From contig NW_024704742.1 in the NCBI RefSeq assembly GCF_018977255.1, positions 121,522,001-121,586,000 of the forward strand: a DNA stretch of 64,000 nucleotides, given 5' to 3'. Below are positions 13,036-26,899 of this stretch, piece after piece. Made by a program: the position numbers and the translations under genes. The first letter of the stretch is position 1; every line of letters starts with the position of its first letter. The notes beneath the pieces are model-generated. The model worked only from the letters and a program-made list of their open reading frames with translations, did no database searches and was not told where the DNA came from. The DNA is from Callorhinchus milii (taxonomy: Eukaryota).

Positions 13036-15679
13036 ATCAAACCCAACAGTTTTGAAGGATCACCTTGTTTGGTTCTTTAAATTTTCCTTCCCTCACCACA
13101 CCCCAACAATATCACAATTTGTTTTTTGAAAGGAACTATTGTATACTGCATCTAGAAAATATAAATCATGGATGGCAATCCCCTTCCCTATGGGATATCA
13201 AGCAGCCTGAATTATTTTCATATCCTATTTCTGTTGCTTTCGGACGTTTTACAAAGAACCAGAAAGCAGCTTGTCCACAGAAAGTACTGCACAAACAAAC
13301 TTCTCTCAGCAACTTCACTCCAACCAAACGTTGAACTAGAGAGAGCTAAACAACAACAACAACTTGCATTTATATAGGCCCCACCGGACGGCGTCTCAGA
13401 GCGCTTAGACAACCAATTAGACACAATTCTGGCAGCAAGTCATAACAATTGCAATGGCCATCTTCAGCAACAACAACTTGCATTTATTCAACACCTTTCA
13501 CGTAGGATAAATCTCAGAGTGCTTCACAGAGACTACGGTGGACACAGAACAAGGGAGAAGGCTTGACCAGAGGTGAGTTGATGAGGTAGGTTTTAAGGTG
13601 GAATTTAAAGACAGATAGAGAGGGGAAAGGCAGAGGGATGGAGGCAGATGGAGCCAGGAGTTCCAGGGCCAGAGGTTAAGACCAAACTGACTGAAAGCTT
13701 GGTTACCGATGGTACATTATCTTCAGCACCTTCACTGCTCACCGTATCACCTGTGTGTTACACTTTCTGTTTATTCTTATTATATAGTTCGTATTATATA
13801 GTTTGGGACACCACATGTCAAGTGATTGCTATGATGGTGGAAAGCGAACTAGATGGATCTTGGTCTTCTTTTGCCTAGCAAATTCTTATGTTCTTAGGTA
13901 TGTGGTCATATTTTATCTCCCAAATGCACTGTAGATATACTATATTTATCCAACGCTTGTAGCCGACAAAAAATAAACTAATTGACATTGCTGCGTGTAT
14001 GTTATTTATTTGATTTGTCTGTGGGACACAGTCATAGCCTCTCTCATATTACCTTGATTTTCACAATTACTATAAAATACAAACACTGTACAGTAGTATA
14101 CACATAGAATAAGTAAGGATTACTTTTTGATCCTTTTTGATGGTCTGACATTTTATCTCGACATACTCTTCCTTCTCGTTACAATATGACCCACAGCAAG
14201 AACATGCAAGATTAAGGATATCTTTCCAAATGGTTGTATTGCAAGAGGCTTGATTCTTGTTCCTACTATTTTCTGGTACACTTACAAGATGGCAAAGACC
14301 AAAATACCTGCCCACCCCAAAATGGCACCATAACCACTCAGCAGTTTAGAGCATATAACCTATACTGCACATATTTGGCTCGGGAATACAGTGAGAAGAC
14401 AACATAGGGAAAAAACTATTGCAAGACATTTATGCAATAAGAAGATTTGCATATAGATCAATGACCGTGTACAGACTCTAGGCAGAGGGGTTGATTCTTC
14501 GCTGCCTGAAATTACAATTTACAAATTTTGCGCTGCAGCAAAACATAAAAGTCCTCTTACGAGATTCAGCATTCACGCTTCTTATTAACGTCTGAAGCAC
14601 TGCACAAAACTGTGGTACTGTTCTAAAAAGGAAGGTATGTATTGTGCACTTAAAGCCAACAGGATACAAAATACTTAACTAGCCTGTCAACCCTGTCGAA
14701 GTTTAGTCATCATTAAAGCTGTTCTGTTCCCACAAAGCAAGATTTTGAGCAATATATCCTCTTGTGACTATTTCAGGTCTGACCTACCTACCAGGACATT
14801 TAAAACGTTGATGAATGTAAAGCAAACATAACAATAGGGTTGTTTGAAGCCTCATAAAGAGTAAATGGAACCAAAACAGCTACTGTTCTTTGGCATCCAC
14901 AGTTTTTATTTTTCTAGACACTGTACAAAGACTACAATGAAATGCATGACAATGAAAGTGGAAAACACACAGGCCACAGTCATATCATTTCATATCATGC
15001 AGGCAGTTAGACCATTAACTGTTCAAAGGAATAATAGAGACTACAGAGGATATAAAGATGCAGTTTGGCAACCAGCAAAACAATGATAACTACAGATAAC
15101 TGAGGTAATAAAAATAAACATAATGAAAATTGAAAATAAAATTAGTTGTGATTGACATAATGCACATTTGCAGTCTGTGCCGGGAATACAGTGAGAAGAC
15201 AACACAGGGAAAAACTATTATAAGGGATATATGTAAGAGATCAGAGTACAATATACGACAATGACTGTGCACAGAGTTGAAGCAGAGGCAGCATAACAGA
15301 TTTTCAGTTTTGATGAAAAATTTGAGATTCTCAAAATCCTGATCTTCAATATAAAATCTCAGGTACATGTAACTATATTTATTATTTACATAGAATTCTG
15401 TTTTTTCCAATATCTTGAAAGTTTTAAAGAACCATGAGATGATATTCATAAAATTATCCCATGTTTTTGGTAGAAGGGGAAATAAGTAGTATATCCTTGT
15501 ACAAGCAGATAAATAAAAGTACAAGCAAATAGAATAAACCTTAAGCATTTTGTGACGTCTTCCAATGTGAAAGGTGCTATATAAATGTAAATTATATTCC
15601 AATGTATTTTGTCAACAATTGAACTAAACAATACAAAACCAGCACACTGCAATTGTTTTCTCCACTGTAAATTGCTTTC

Positions 15680-16580
15680 AACAGGATCTCTTCCCCAGCA
15701 GTAGATGAGACTCTCATTCATGCCTTATCAGGTCCACACATTACTACGCTAACACCCTTTTCTTCCATTCACAGGATATAGACTACACAGAATCTTGCAG
15801 CCTGTATCCTCTCCCATACCAGGTTCTGGCTCCTTGCTTGGCTCCACTGGCACCCAATCCTTCAGTGGATCGGATTTAAGATTCTTGTTCCTACCTTCAA
15901 ATTCTTCAATGTCTCATCCAATGCTATCTCTGAAACCTCCTACAACCACACTGACCTGGCTGCTCTCTTCAATCAGGAAACAACGACATGTCTGCTTCAT
16001 ATCTCTTGTCCTATCCGCCCTACCATTGGCGGGCAAGCTTTCAGCCATTCTACCGCCATTCTCTGGAATACCATTGTGGCATCCCTCTACAGGACTGTAG
16101 CTTAGTGGTTAGAGCACTCGCCTCACAAGCGAGAGACCTGAGTTTGATTCCTGGCGGGGCGAAACCTTGGGCAAGTTTTCTTACTCCATACGCCTGATAA
16201 TAATCCTTCAAAAATAAAATTGGTCACTTCAATCCACGACTGTTTGTGGGACACTGCTGTGCACAATTGGCTGCCACGTTTCGCCCACAAATATATGGTC
16301 AATTCACTTTACAGTCTATTCTGTGAAGTGCTTTGAGACGTCTAGAAGATGTGAAAAAGCATTATATCAAATGCAAGGATTATTATTATAACTCGCTCCC
16401 TCCCTCACCTTGTTAAAGGCCGGTCTCAAGACATACCTATTTGACCGTAGTTTCGGTCATCTTTCCCCTTCCCAACCATTCAGCTCCCACCCCCAGCTCA
16501 GGTTCCCAGCCAACAATGTCAAACATTTTGAGATGTCAACCTGACATGAAAGGCATTATATAAATAGTAAATTGCATTGC
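15680..16580 (+). mobile_element. Old L2 3' fragment interrupted by a tRNA/Deu SINE (16090-16389)
   Basis: Degenerate L2 ORF2 C-terminus either side. SINE head ctgtagcttagtggttagagcactcgcc and tail atcaaatgcaaggattattatt. Confidence 0.75.
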
Positions 16581-19500
16581 GTTTCTATATGCATCATACT
16601 ACATTGAAGCGCTCCGAGATGCCGTCCGGCGTGAAAGGCGCTATATAAATGCAAGTTGTGTTTGCGGTACCCGGCTGACTAAAACGTGCAAGCAAAATGA
16701 CCCAGTGTGATTGACGCTACCTGCAGCTGAACCCATTTTGCTGCCTGATGCTTCCTCTGTCATCTGTGGCAACTGAATCAGAAACAGTGGCTTAACCACC
16801 AGGATTTATGAGAAATCTAAAATGCCAGTTAGTGTGCACGACAACTGCCTTTTTGGTCAACAAAATCATGCAGAGTGACTGCACCAGTTCTAGGAAACTG
16901 GCACGTGAACGATAATCAAGTACTCACCGGAATACGATACTTGTTCTGGACAGGTGGCCATGGTTATTTCAATATTTGTTCAGCTAAGAAGACAGGAAAG
17001 TATTTTGTGACTATGGCCAATTTCACGTTGCTATGACCCATCAGGTTGTGTCTGGAGGTGGGTAAGATACACAATGCCAATTTTTCCTTCTCTGTGTGAG
17101 GCAGAATCATACCAACAAGGCATCCCAACTGGTGGCCCAGCCAAGGACTGATGTAACTTGCTCTCAAGCAGTGACAGACTGAGTACCCTGAGTGACAAGC
17201 AAGCCTGGGATTTTGAATATGTAACCATTTGATTGGAAAACACTGCTGCCAGGTTACTTCCATTATTGCAAACTGAATAAAACATTGGCAAATCATCCTA
17301 GTGTTACATTATGTTATACAGTATGTATGTATTATGTATGTTATTCCAATGGTTTCATTAATTTGGGACAATTTAAGCTCTGAATTTACATTTCTTCATG
17401 GAAAAGACTATTTTGTGTGAATGCCTGCAAGCTGTCAGTGGTACATTTTTTTCTCTCCTACTGGAGTATTACCAACTGGAATCAAAGCAGGACTAATACC
17501 CGGAGAAACACTGACAACATTGATGTGTATGGCTGTACTCTGTAACTACCTACCCTGGGAGTACACGGGTCACATATTTAGTCATTTGATTTGGGGAGCC
17601 TAGATTTCTATATCCAAAATGGTCACATTGAATATTTGGAATGTAAAATACCAGTCTCTCAAATCCCAAGTTAAGACTACAGAATGCTGATTACTGGAAC
17701 CAAAAAGACAAGCATTTTATTAATCTGCCAAAATAAAACCAAAGCACCCTGTTATTTGTTAAAAGACCTGGCTTTTTTTTACTTAGCGCTTCAGAAAATT
17801 GAATTTTTGTTTTGCATCATAAATCAAATAATATTTTCTTTGCATAGTGAAACCACTTATACTAAAGTTTAACACTTATGAAAGTAAAGATGGTATCCTA
17901 CAAAGGCTTCTGTGATTTTCTGAGCTGTAATGTTCTATTACTAGTGTCTGTAACCAACCAACCAACCAAGGTTTTCCACTTTTAGAATGCTGCAAAGCCT
18001 TCTAACGTTGAAACTTACAGCCTCTTTACAGGTAGCCTAATATTTCATAGCTTTCTTGCTGAAAGAATATGTTAAGCTCTCCGAGGTTGGAAAATGTCAT
18101 TTGCAAAACACATGGGAGTTCAATTCACAATAAGGAAGTAGTTGCTCATCCGATTTTTATAAATAATAAAATATAACCTATAAAGGCAAACAAAATGAGG
18201 CACTCCATGGAGGGCAATGAGATGAAAAAGACATCAAGGGCATGAATTGCAGATGTAATGTTGGGAAGTTACAGATCCAGTGAAACATTAATGTGGACTA
18301 TTCCACGGAGACTACTGGAACCAGAAATTATAGAGTAACTTATGGCATATTTTAAAGACAATTTCAAATCATTAGAAAAACTCTCACATTACGAAAATGA
18401 TAGGTTGTTTAATTATCAGAAATGAATACCTTAGTGCTTAAAACCAGACTATGGAACATTTCCATACACAATATGTCTGTGTTTAAATTGATGCTAAAAT
18501 GCTGCACAGTTCTGCACAAAGAGAATCAATCTATTTTTATAGTCAAATTTAGGACCTTTACTATCTTAACTATTCAACTTACAGATTCACTTCTGCTACA
18601 CCTCAAGAGAACCAGATTGTTATTCATCCCTTCTGAACATTTGACAGATTTTTTTCTTCCTTTGTTCTAAAGACATTGCCACCAGCTGCGTGCGGTACAG
18701 GGTTCCAAGCAACCCTGTTAATTTCATATCGATGATTGTGTGACATTGCTACACACAACTGGCCTGCTGTTTTCACCTAAAAATGCAGTTAACCCACTTC
18801 GCAGTAAATCCTGTGAAACACTTTAAAACTTCCTCCTGATATGAAAGGCGCCATACCAAATGCAAGGATTATTGCTATTAACAAGAACTTGCATTTACAT
18901 AGATCCCTTCATTCTACATACCCTGGATGTGGTCTCTTCCAAATACTGTATTTAGATTGAGAATAGTTTTTGCAATTCTCTTTAGAAACCCTGGGATTTC
19001 TACTTTGGAATAGCAGTGATTTAGCAAATCTTTTACCCAGTTTCTCAAAGCCTACCCAAATGGAATGGAAATTGGGCAACCACAAAATACAAGCCAGTGA
19101 TTCTCTATCATGTTTCTCTCTCAAGGAGTTTCATCCACTTTTATTCTTTTAAGGAGACTTGCGTGTACTTTTCGTCATGTTATTTTAAGCCTGGCACATG
19201 CATACATCTGACAGTACAGGTGCCAAGTCTTCCAGTTCTTTACTCCAAACTCCTTCTGTTCCTCTAGGTTTCAATGTTTACTTCTGAATTTGTGAATAAT
19301 CATTCACTGTGAAAAGTTGTCAACATTTATTTAGGATGGATTTTCTAATTTTTCTCAGAGTGGAGAACTTATTTTAGAGCACAACTTTAATTAAAGGCAC
19401 TAAATATGATCTCTGTAATAATAGTGGTAGTGAGAATATTAATTCTTGCTCATTAGAAAAAGTGCAATTAGCCCCGGAAAAATGCTCCAGGGTTAACTTA

Positions 19501-20462
19501 AAAGTTACAGGTAGATAACCTCATTCCTTCTGATTCCCAGTACTACCGGCAAATAGGATAAACCTTTCTAGGCAATGTCTGTTCAATCAGCCTATCCTCC
19601 CTACTGACCAATTCCCTCCCTCTTTGTTTTTCAACAGCTTCCAAAAGACAGTTCATCTCCTGTATTTTGTATGTAGATGGTTTTCCACAATGGTCCAAAT
19701 ATTCCCTTCAAGCCATTCCCTTGTATCAGGAATCATTTGAAAAATTGTAATAATAGTTCCATGACATTGCAAAGAGGAATGAGTGGGAAATCTGGATCCA
19801 ATCCCCTGCCCAATTTCAATGGAGACCAATTAACTCTCTCCAGTTAAAATTGACATGATAATACAATATTTTTTTCTAAACTGAAATGTATTATGCATAT
19901 AATAACAATAAAATAAACTTGTGATCTGCACACAAATAAACCAAATCAGAACAGCTGTAACATTTTATGCAAAAGTGCAACAGCGATGTCAACGGTTCCA
20001 CTCTCAGCAAGAGTTAACCCATGAGACAGTATCCCTACCTAAGGAGAAACAGATAACATTGTCACGTGATGTTAACTGACCCTTTCAGTGGGAATGACAG
20101 TGAAAATGTGACCTTACTGATCCTCCAGCCTTCCCTCAAGGGATCAGAATACAGATGCTTAGTGGAAAATGGATCGTACTTAACATAAAGTACAGCGTCA
20201 AATGCCAGCTTGTTCAAGATTTTAGAGCAACAAGTTTTTAAGGTATTGAATCGGATGTGTTTATTTAATACTATATTCAGTCAAAAGGAAATAAAGTTGT
20301 TGCCTCAGAGAAATAAAATATCGTATTTTTCCTACCAGAAAAAAATGATGTAGATTTTAAAAAGAAAACAAATTAAAAATAAATGAAGGGCCAAATGCAA
20401 TACATGTCCATTTTTAGAATCTTTCAAGAAAATTGAAAATATGAAGTCCACTGCAATGGATT

Positions 20463-20795
20463 TAATAATAATCCTTGCATTTGATATATTATTGCATTTT
20501 CGAGACGTCTCAAAGCGCTTCACAGAATATGCTTTAAAGTGAATTGACCGTATATTTTGTGGAGGAAACTCGGCAGCCAATTGCACGTAGACTGAGTAAC
20601 CAAATTCTTTTTTTTTAAAAAAGGGATTTTACCCCCAGAAAAGCAATCCACCAATCAATCCACAACCGGGTTCCTACTGCTAGGTAAACAGAGGGGTGTG
20701 GAGTAAGGAAAGTTGCCTAAGCTTTTGCCCTGCCTGGGAATCAAACTCAGGTTGCTTGCGAGGCGAGTATTCAAACTCTAAGCTCCAGGACTCCA
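20463..20795 (-). mobile_element. tRNA/Deu SINE (long form)
   Basis: Family match. Confidence 0.85.
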
Positions 20796-23700
20796 CAATG
20801 CAATTAAAGGCTTAAAAGGAACCTGACAATGTTGCACCAGTATTGCTCTCTGTGTGATTTCTTGCCTTTACAACAGTTAGTTCATCTGGAATGAATTGGA
20901 TGAAGTACAAAACACTGTACCACTAACACTTTGTACAGAATTCATAGCAAAAGTGATGTGGACTGACTACACTGCAATAAAATGTATGCACGTAGCAATA
21001 GCAAAATACTCCAAACTTTAACAACTTTATGTAGAATCAATTCGAAATTAAAAATCCCATATCAGCAATAGAAATAGTCATTTTATTACAATTCAGAAAT
21101 TATGAACAAAAATAAGATGATTATGAAGCAAAGCTGTAATCTAGAATACAATTTGCTTTAAATATTTTTAACTCTCAATCTACCTTAGGATAATTTGAAA
21201 TGTTCTGATTGCATTCACTGAGGTAGTTACAGATACAAGTGTAATTATTCAATACAAGGAATTTACTAAAACGTATTTTAATATCAATCTCACAATCTGA
21301 GTTTAAGTTAATTTGCGGTTGCTAAATTTGGCAGAGAAACAGCTCTCTCTCTGGCTGCCTGTTAATTTTTCTATTTTGGGCTGCAGGATATTTAAAAAAA
21401 CAAATCTATAAGTAAAGGGACCCGAAAAATGCAAGTCCCACAGTTTTTGTTATCATTTCATTGCCCCTGCAGGCTACCGCACTTGATGGCCTTTATGAAA
21501 ATATAAATTCAATCAGCAGCTGCAAATTTCATGAGACGTCTATCTTCCTCTGAATTTCCATCACAGTGTCAAAACAAACCATGATTTTTTTCCTGACAAA
21601 ACACATATTGAATTGTAAATTTCTGCAATTTCCCAACATTTGAATTTCAACCGAAGGAAAATGGAATGAAGGAAATAAACCGGAGCACTTCTGCACAGCT
21701 TCTGCAGAATGGAGAATGCACCACACTGTGACCACTGAGAGACACTGCTGTGATTGGAGCATCAAACCACACACTACTAGATGGGATAATCAAACTAGCA
21801 GAGGAAGATGGAATAGCTATGAGATGTTACTGAAAATATTCTGTTTATTCAAAATAAATGGCCAAATAAAGTAGCATCAGGCTGGGATATGGAAAACCAC
21901 AAAGAGAGGTACCATTCAGAAGTTTGAGAACTCTATGTGCTCCATCAACTTGTTTTAACCTTGGCTTCTTATACTGCAGCTCACTCACTAATTTAACGTC
22001 AATGTAGAGTGAATTGAAATGCCTTTAATTATCTGGGACCCAATGAGCACGTGTACAAGACAATATTGATATATTATGCTCAGCAGAATTAAACAGAGCA
22101 AGAGGCTAATCCCAAAAGTTGAATCTATTAGCAGCTTGACTGTAGTACAGAGAATGATTTCCTATTGTATTTCTGCTAGCTAATTTTTGTTTAGGAATTT
22201 TGAATTTTCAAATAAAATACGATGAATCTTTCCCATCAGCTGACATGAAGTCTGGGCACATTTTTCTAACAATGTTGCCTACATGACTTCTCCTAGAATT
22301 CAAAACCGTATGACCTCACAATCTTTCATTTCTGAAATACTCATTAAAATAACGAGCTCCTGAAAAAATAGGTTTCTTCTGAAGATGCATCATTTTTAAA
22401 ATTATAAGACATATCATTTTAGTTATAGATCTGTCATTTTATTCCAACTGCTGAATGCAAAGAATAATTATTTTACATTGAACATACAAAATTAATAAAA
22501 ACCACACAGTAAGTGCAGTCTGAAAGTCTTCTTCAACACATGAATACGTTGGGACCTAGATACAGAGCTGGTTGAGGAGACAGTGAAAAGACACAGGTTT
22601 TAGATCTTGCAAAAATAAAACACAATTATTTAAAAAATACCTACTCAAAGAATGATTTTTTTATTTTAAATTTTTTTTTAAATAACAACTTGCTTTCCAT
22701 GCAGGTTTAAATTCTTGCTACGCTCTTTGTATTAGTTAGAACGTTAACTATAACCCCTTGCCAATGGGACCACAGGAAGTTACAAAGAACCAAGGAAAGA
22801 GATAGCCAATTTAACACAGAAGCAGAATGCAAGTTATGAAAACAGCTACATACCCATTACAAAATATCATCCATAACTATAGAACCATATAATTCTTGAA
22901 AATTATGCCTTACAGATTTTTTAAAAATTAGTTCTGTAGTCTTTTCAGTTAAGAATAAACGGTTATATAATTTGCATGGAACTGTAGATACTTCAAGCAA
23001 ATGGCTTTAATCTCTTAACTGCAAAGGGCTATACTACTGAATGTACCTTCAAAACATCAATGAACATCGTAGAAATGTTATCCAAAATCAAATTTGTTTG
23101 ACCTACTCAAAAGCATAATTTGAAGACTGCATTATGCTGTGTCATGGAATTTGCAAGGTCACTGCTGAAGAAAGCTGGTTCGACTGTGAAATCTGGTAAA
23201 ACAAATTATTACACGAAAAATGGCTTAATTGAGGGTGACATAGTGATTGAAGGAGGCCAAGGGTGAAATTATAATAGAAATAAATTGCCATAATGGGAAA
23301 AAGGACATTGTTTCTATCCTGCTCTCTTTCAATCACTATGTCTATTGTTTCCTTCCTTGTCTAATTATTAAAATTTTACTTTCACTTTTATATTGTGAAG
23401 TTAACAATAGCAACATATCTTCTTTTAATAAGGATATGAGAGAGATAGAAGGGTGGCATTTCACTTCAGTCGGTTTAAGTTGATTATATGCCTGAAAATA
23501 TGAAAATGCATAGCAGCCATCAAAATACTTTTTTGTAAGTTGCAAGAATGATCACAACAACAACAAAATTACATTTATAGAGCGCCTTTCTCGTTGGAAG
23601 GACGTCCCAAAGTGCTGTACAGTCAGATGCCGGGGCCCGAGCATGGGGTGTAGGAGTGAGGGAAGGCAGAGAGGTGGGAGGGAGACCAAAGACACAGTTA

Positions 23701-24559
23701 TTTCTCCTGAAAGTCTTTAACCCTATTTGCTGTACAAACCTATCCTTTGTAATACCATGCTACAATTAACTGAAGTCTCCCACAAAATCTACAGTCAATC
23801 CACTTTACAGTATATTCTGTGAAGCGATTTGAGAATTCATGAAGATGTGATAAGGCGCTATATCAAATTCAAGGATTATTATTTGTAGTATTATTATAAT
23901 AAGTCAAACCTTTTCCTTGAAAAAAATGAACATATTTAAAAAAATCTTTATAAAAATGTGTTTTAAAAAGATTACTCCAGAAAAGGGTGTCTGATTTTGG
24001 TATCTGTCTCAAATCCTTTAACCTTTTCGAAAGGAGAATATTTATTAAGATTCAAAAACATGCAAAGTTTGATAAACCATTTTCTAAATTGGAAAAATAA
24101 ACTGGAAACCATTTCTTCATATCACAGCATTACACAAACCTATCTGTTACAATTGTATTAATTTTTAAAATAGATTTATTACAGGAACACTATTGAAGTC
24201 CTCAAAAGAGTTTAACACTTTTGATAGTGGAATTCAAAATGGGAACCATTCTTCCCAGGACAGTGTTTCCCCAAGAGAAACAGAGAATAAGTAGTCCATT
24301 GAATGAGAATCACTGAAATAAATTAGCTCACATCTCTGTAGGGACACTTGTATTTTTAATTACAACAGTGATAAAATTTACATTAAAACTGGAAATAAAT
24401 TGCACTGTATTTTAAACAGGAAAATAATCAACGTATAGATTATTGAGGTCAGGTCGTCATCGTTAAAAACAATGGAGAGTAAAAAAATGTGTTCTCTTCT
24501 GCTTATAGTGAATGGAAATATAAGCAAATGGAATAATAAGCAGTAGGATTTCAGTATTT

Positions 24560-25240
24560 CAGGTGTCAGCTTGGCTCAATTGATAGCACTTCCAGTTAGA
24601 AGGTGTAATAGGTTTGATGCTCCAGAGCAGTGTTGGGGGGAGTGCTGATGTGATGGAGATGACATCTTTCGGATGAGATCAAGGACATGAGGTGGATATT
24701 AAAGAACTTGTAACACTATTTGAAAAGAGAAAGAAGTTTCTCCGGTGTGCTAGAAAAGAATCCTCCAGGAAAATCAGTTATTCACCTCCTGACTGCATGT
24801 GTCACACTGCTGTGTATAAATTGGATGCTGTGCTCACCTACAAATAGTTACTACAATTAATCGTGTGAAGTGCTTTGAGATGTTTTAGTGTGATAATAAT
24901 AATAATAATCCTTGCATATGAAATAGCGCTTTTCATGTCTTCTAGACGTCCCAAAGCGCTTCACAGTATACTGTATACTGTAAAGTGAATTGACTGTATA
25001 TTTGTGGGCAAACGCGACAGCCAATTGCGCACAGCAGTGTCCCACAAACAGTCATGGATTGAAAGTGACCAATTTATTATTGTTTTGTTTTTTTTGGAGG
25101 GATTATTATCAGGCGTGAGGAGTAAGGTCTCTCACTTGCAAAGCGAGTGCTCTAACCACTGAGCTACAGGACTCCAATAAGGATAAGGAGCTATGATACG
25201 ATAAGGAACTATGTCAAATACAAGGATTATTATTATATAT
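24560..25240. mobile_element. Older Deu-type SINE (+, 24560-24893, tail at ~25200-25240) split by a younger SINE (-, 24895-25176)
   Basis: Old head cagcttggctcaattgatagcact and core ctgctgtgtataaattgg. The young copy is inverted within its tail. Confidence 0.75.
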
Positions 25241-25974
25241 TCTGTGAGACCAATGTACAGTATCCAAGCAGTCCCTTTATCAGGTTAAAAAAAAACTTGA
25301 ATACAGTGAACAAATCAACTTCATTAAAATCAAGCTGTTATAGTTATAATCCTTGATTAGTTGCCTAGCTGTCAGCCTCTGATAAGATTGCCACAACCAA
25401 TACAGGAAACAGGAAGTTCTGCTTCAAACTTTTATTAGTTCAAAGGATTCACTCATACCATAAAATCTGCGGAAATTTTCTCCATGTATAGTGGAGATTA
25501 GGTGGTGCTGTGGTCCCAAAGAGGACATTATAGCAATCAGCCAGAGCAATATTGCCAATTTAACAGGAATTAGAAGTTTGACTTCAGCAGCAGAATACCC
25601 CATCTCTTAATGCAGTTCCTGCAATAAAAAGCATAAGAATTCATGTGGTCCACTCTCCTACCATTACTCTAATACCTGCATTTGAAACCAGTGAACAAAG
25701 CTCCATGTAAATGAAAATACAAGCAAAGAACTCTGCCTTCTCGTTAACATGAACTCCCCTGTCACACACTTGGTGCCATGCAATTGATACTATATTTTCT
25801 TTATTCCTTCCCTCACAATGGTGAAGGTTATGGATCAGAAAGCATTTGTACCTCCTGTAAGGTAAATGTTTGCTGTTTTTTAAATATTAAGACATTTTCT
25901 ATTTTAATATCTTGAAGAGCGAAAATGTGCATACATGAGGGAGAAGGGAATAAAGGGGTAAAGGAGAGGGTATT

Positions 25975-26345
25975 CAACAACAACAAATTACATGTACAGC
26001 ATCTTTCATGTTGGGAAGACATCCCAAGGCACTGGGCAGTCAGGGATTTGGACCCGAGTTGCGGGTTGGGATCAGGAGCGGTGGAGGGCAGGAAGGTTAG
26101 GGATAGGAGGGTGAGCGAAGGCTCGGTTGAAGAGGAGGGTCTTGAGGTGGACCTTGAAGGAGGCAAAGGAGGGGTGAGACGGAGGGACTGTGGAATGGAG
26201 TTCTAAAAGTTGAGAGCAGAAAGGCTGAAGGCCCAACCACCAACGGTGGGGCAGACAGAGAAGGGACTTGGAGCAGGCTGGAGCTTGTTGAGCGGAGGGA
26301 GCAGACTGGTAGGTGTGGAGTTAGCAGGTCACACAGGGTGACAGA
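25975..26345 (-). mobile_element. L2 3' fragment
   Basis: Homologous to other L2 tails, (CAA)n at left end. Confidence 0.8.
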
Positions 26346-26367
26346 TTCAGTGGGGTGAAGGCTCATA

Positions 26368-26590
26368 TGTAGTAAACTAAAACCTTGGCTAGTCAGACCA
26401 ATGGTGGTGGGGGGGGGGGAGGGGGTGAGATGCAATCCAGCCAAATTCTGCTCAGTGTAATTACAATACTGGTACCGGCATTTACCAGTTTTTTTCACCT
26501 CCATTTTTTGTATAAATTCCCGTTTCAGGCCTGTTCAGCTAGGTTTGAATTCCGGATACCCGGAGTCTTGGTAAGCCGGGGTTTACTGTA
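26368..26590. mobile_element. Possible Tc1/mariner (pogo/Tigger-like) MITE remnant
   Basis: Right end ...gccggggtttactgTA resembles a Tigger-type terminus. Left end aaaaccttggctagtcagac is an imperfect inverted match. Confidence 0.35.
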
Positions 26591-26899
26591 TCACACTGTC
26601 ACCAACTAGTTGGGCCAAATGGCCTGTGTATGTAATTCTACGTGCACTTTCTGCTACTGTGAGTGCTTTTACACCATTTGTCAGTGACCTTCTTCTGTAA
26701 GATTCAGTTCTTCTGTGGGTCTCTACCCTTTCCCTCTGCAGGATAAGTGTCAAAAATTCAAAAAAAAAGTCAAGCACTTCTTAACTCTGTCATTGTGGCT
26801 TTGGCTGCAATACACAGCTATTGATTTGAAAGTTGCCATGCTATGGTCGCCAGGAGAGTTGTGTTGAGATAGGTGAAACAAGGGCCTAAGTGTTGTGCA

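Noticed and set aside
14070..14315. Cys-rich 81-aa ORF as a nested gene exon
   Set aside because: No clear acceptor or recognisable family, and length is compatible with chance.
15090..15602. 170-aa hydrophobic ORF
   Set aside because: Composition reflects AT-rich DNA, it starts in a repeat tail, and it has no recognisable motif.
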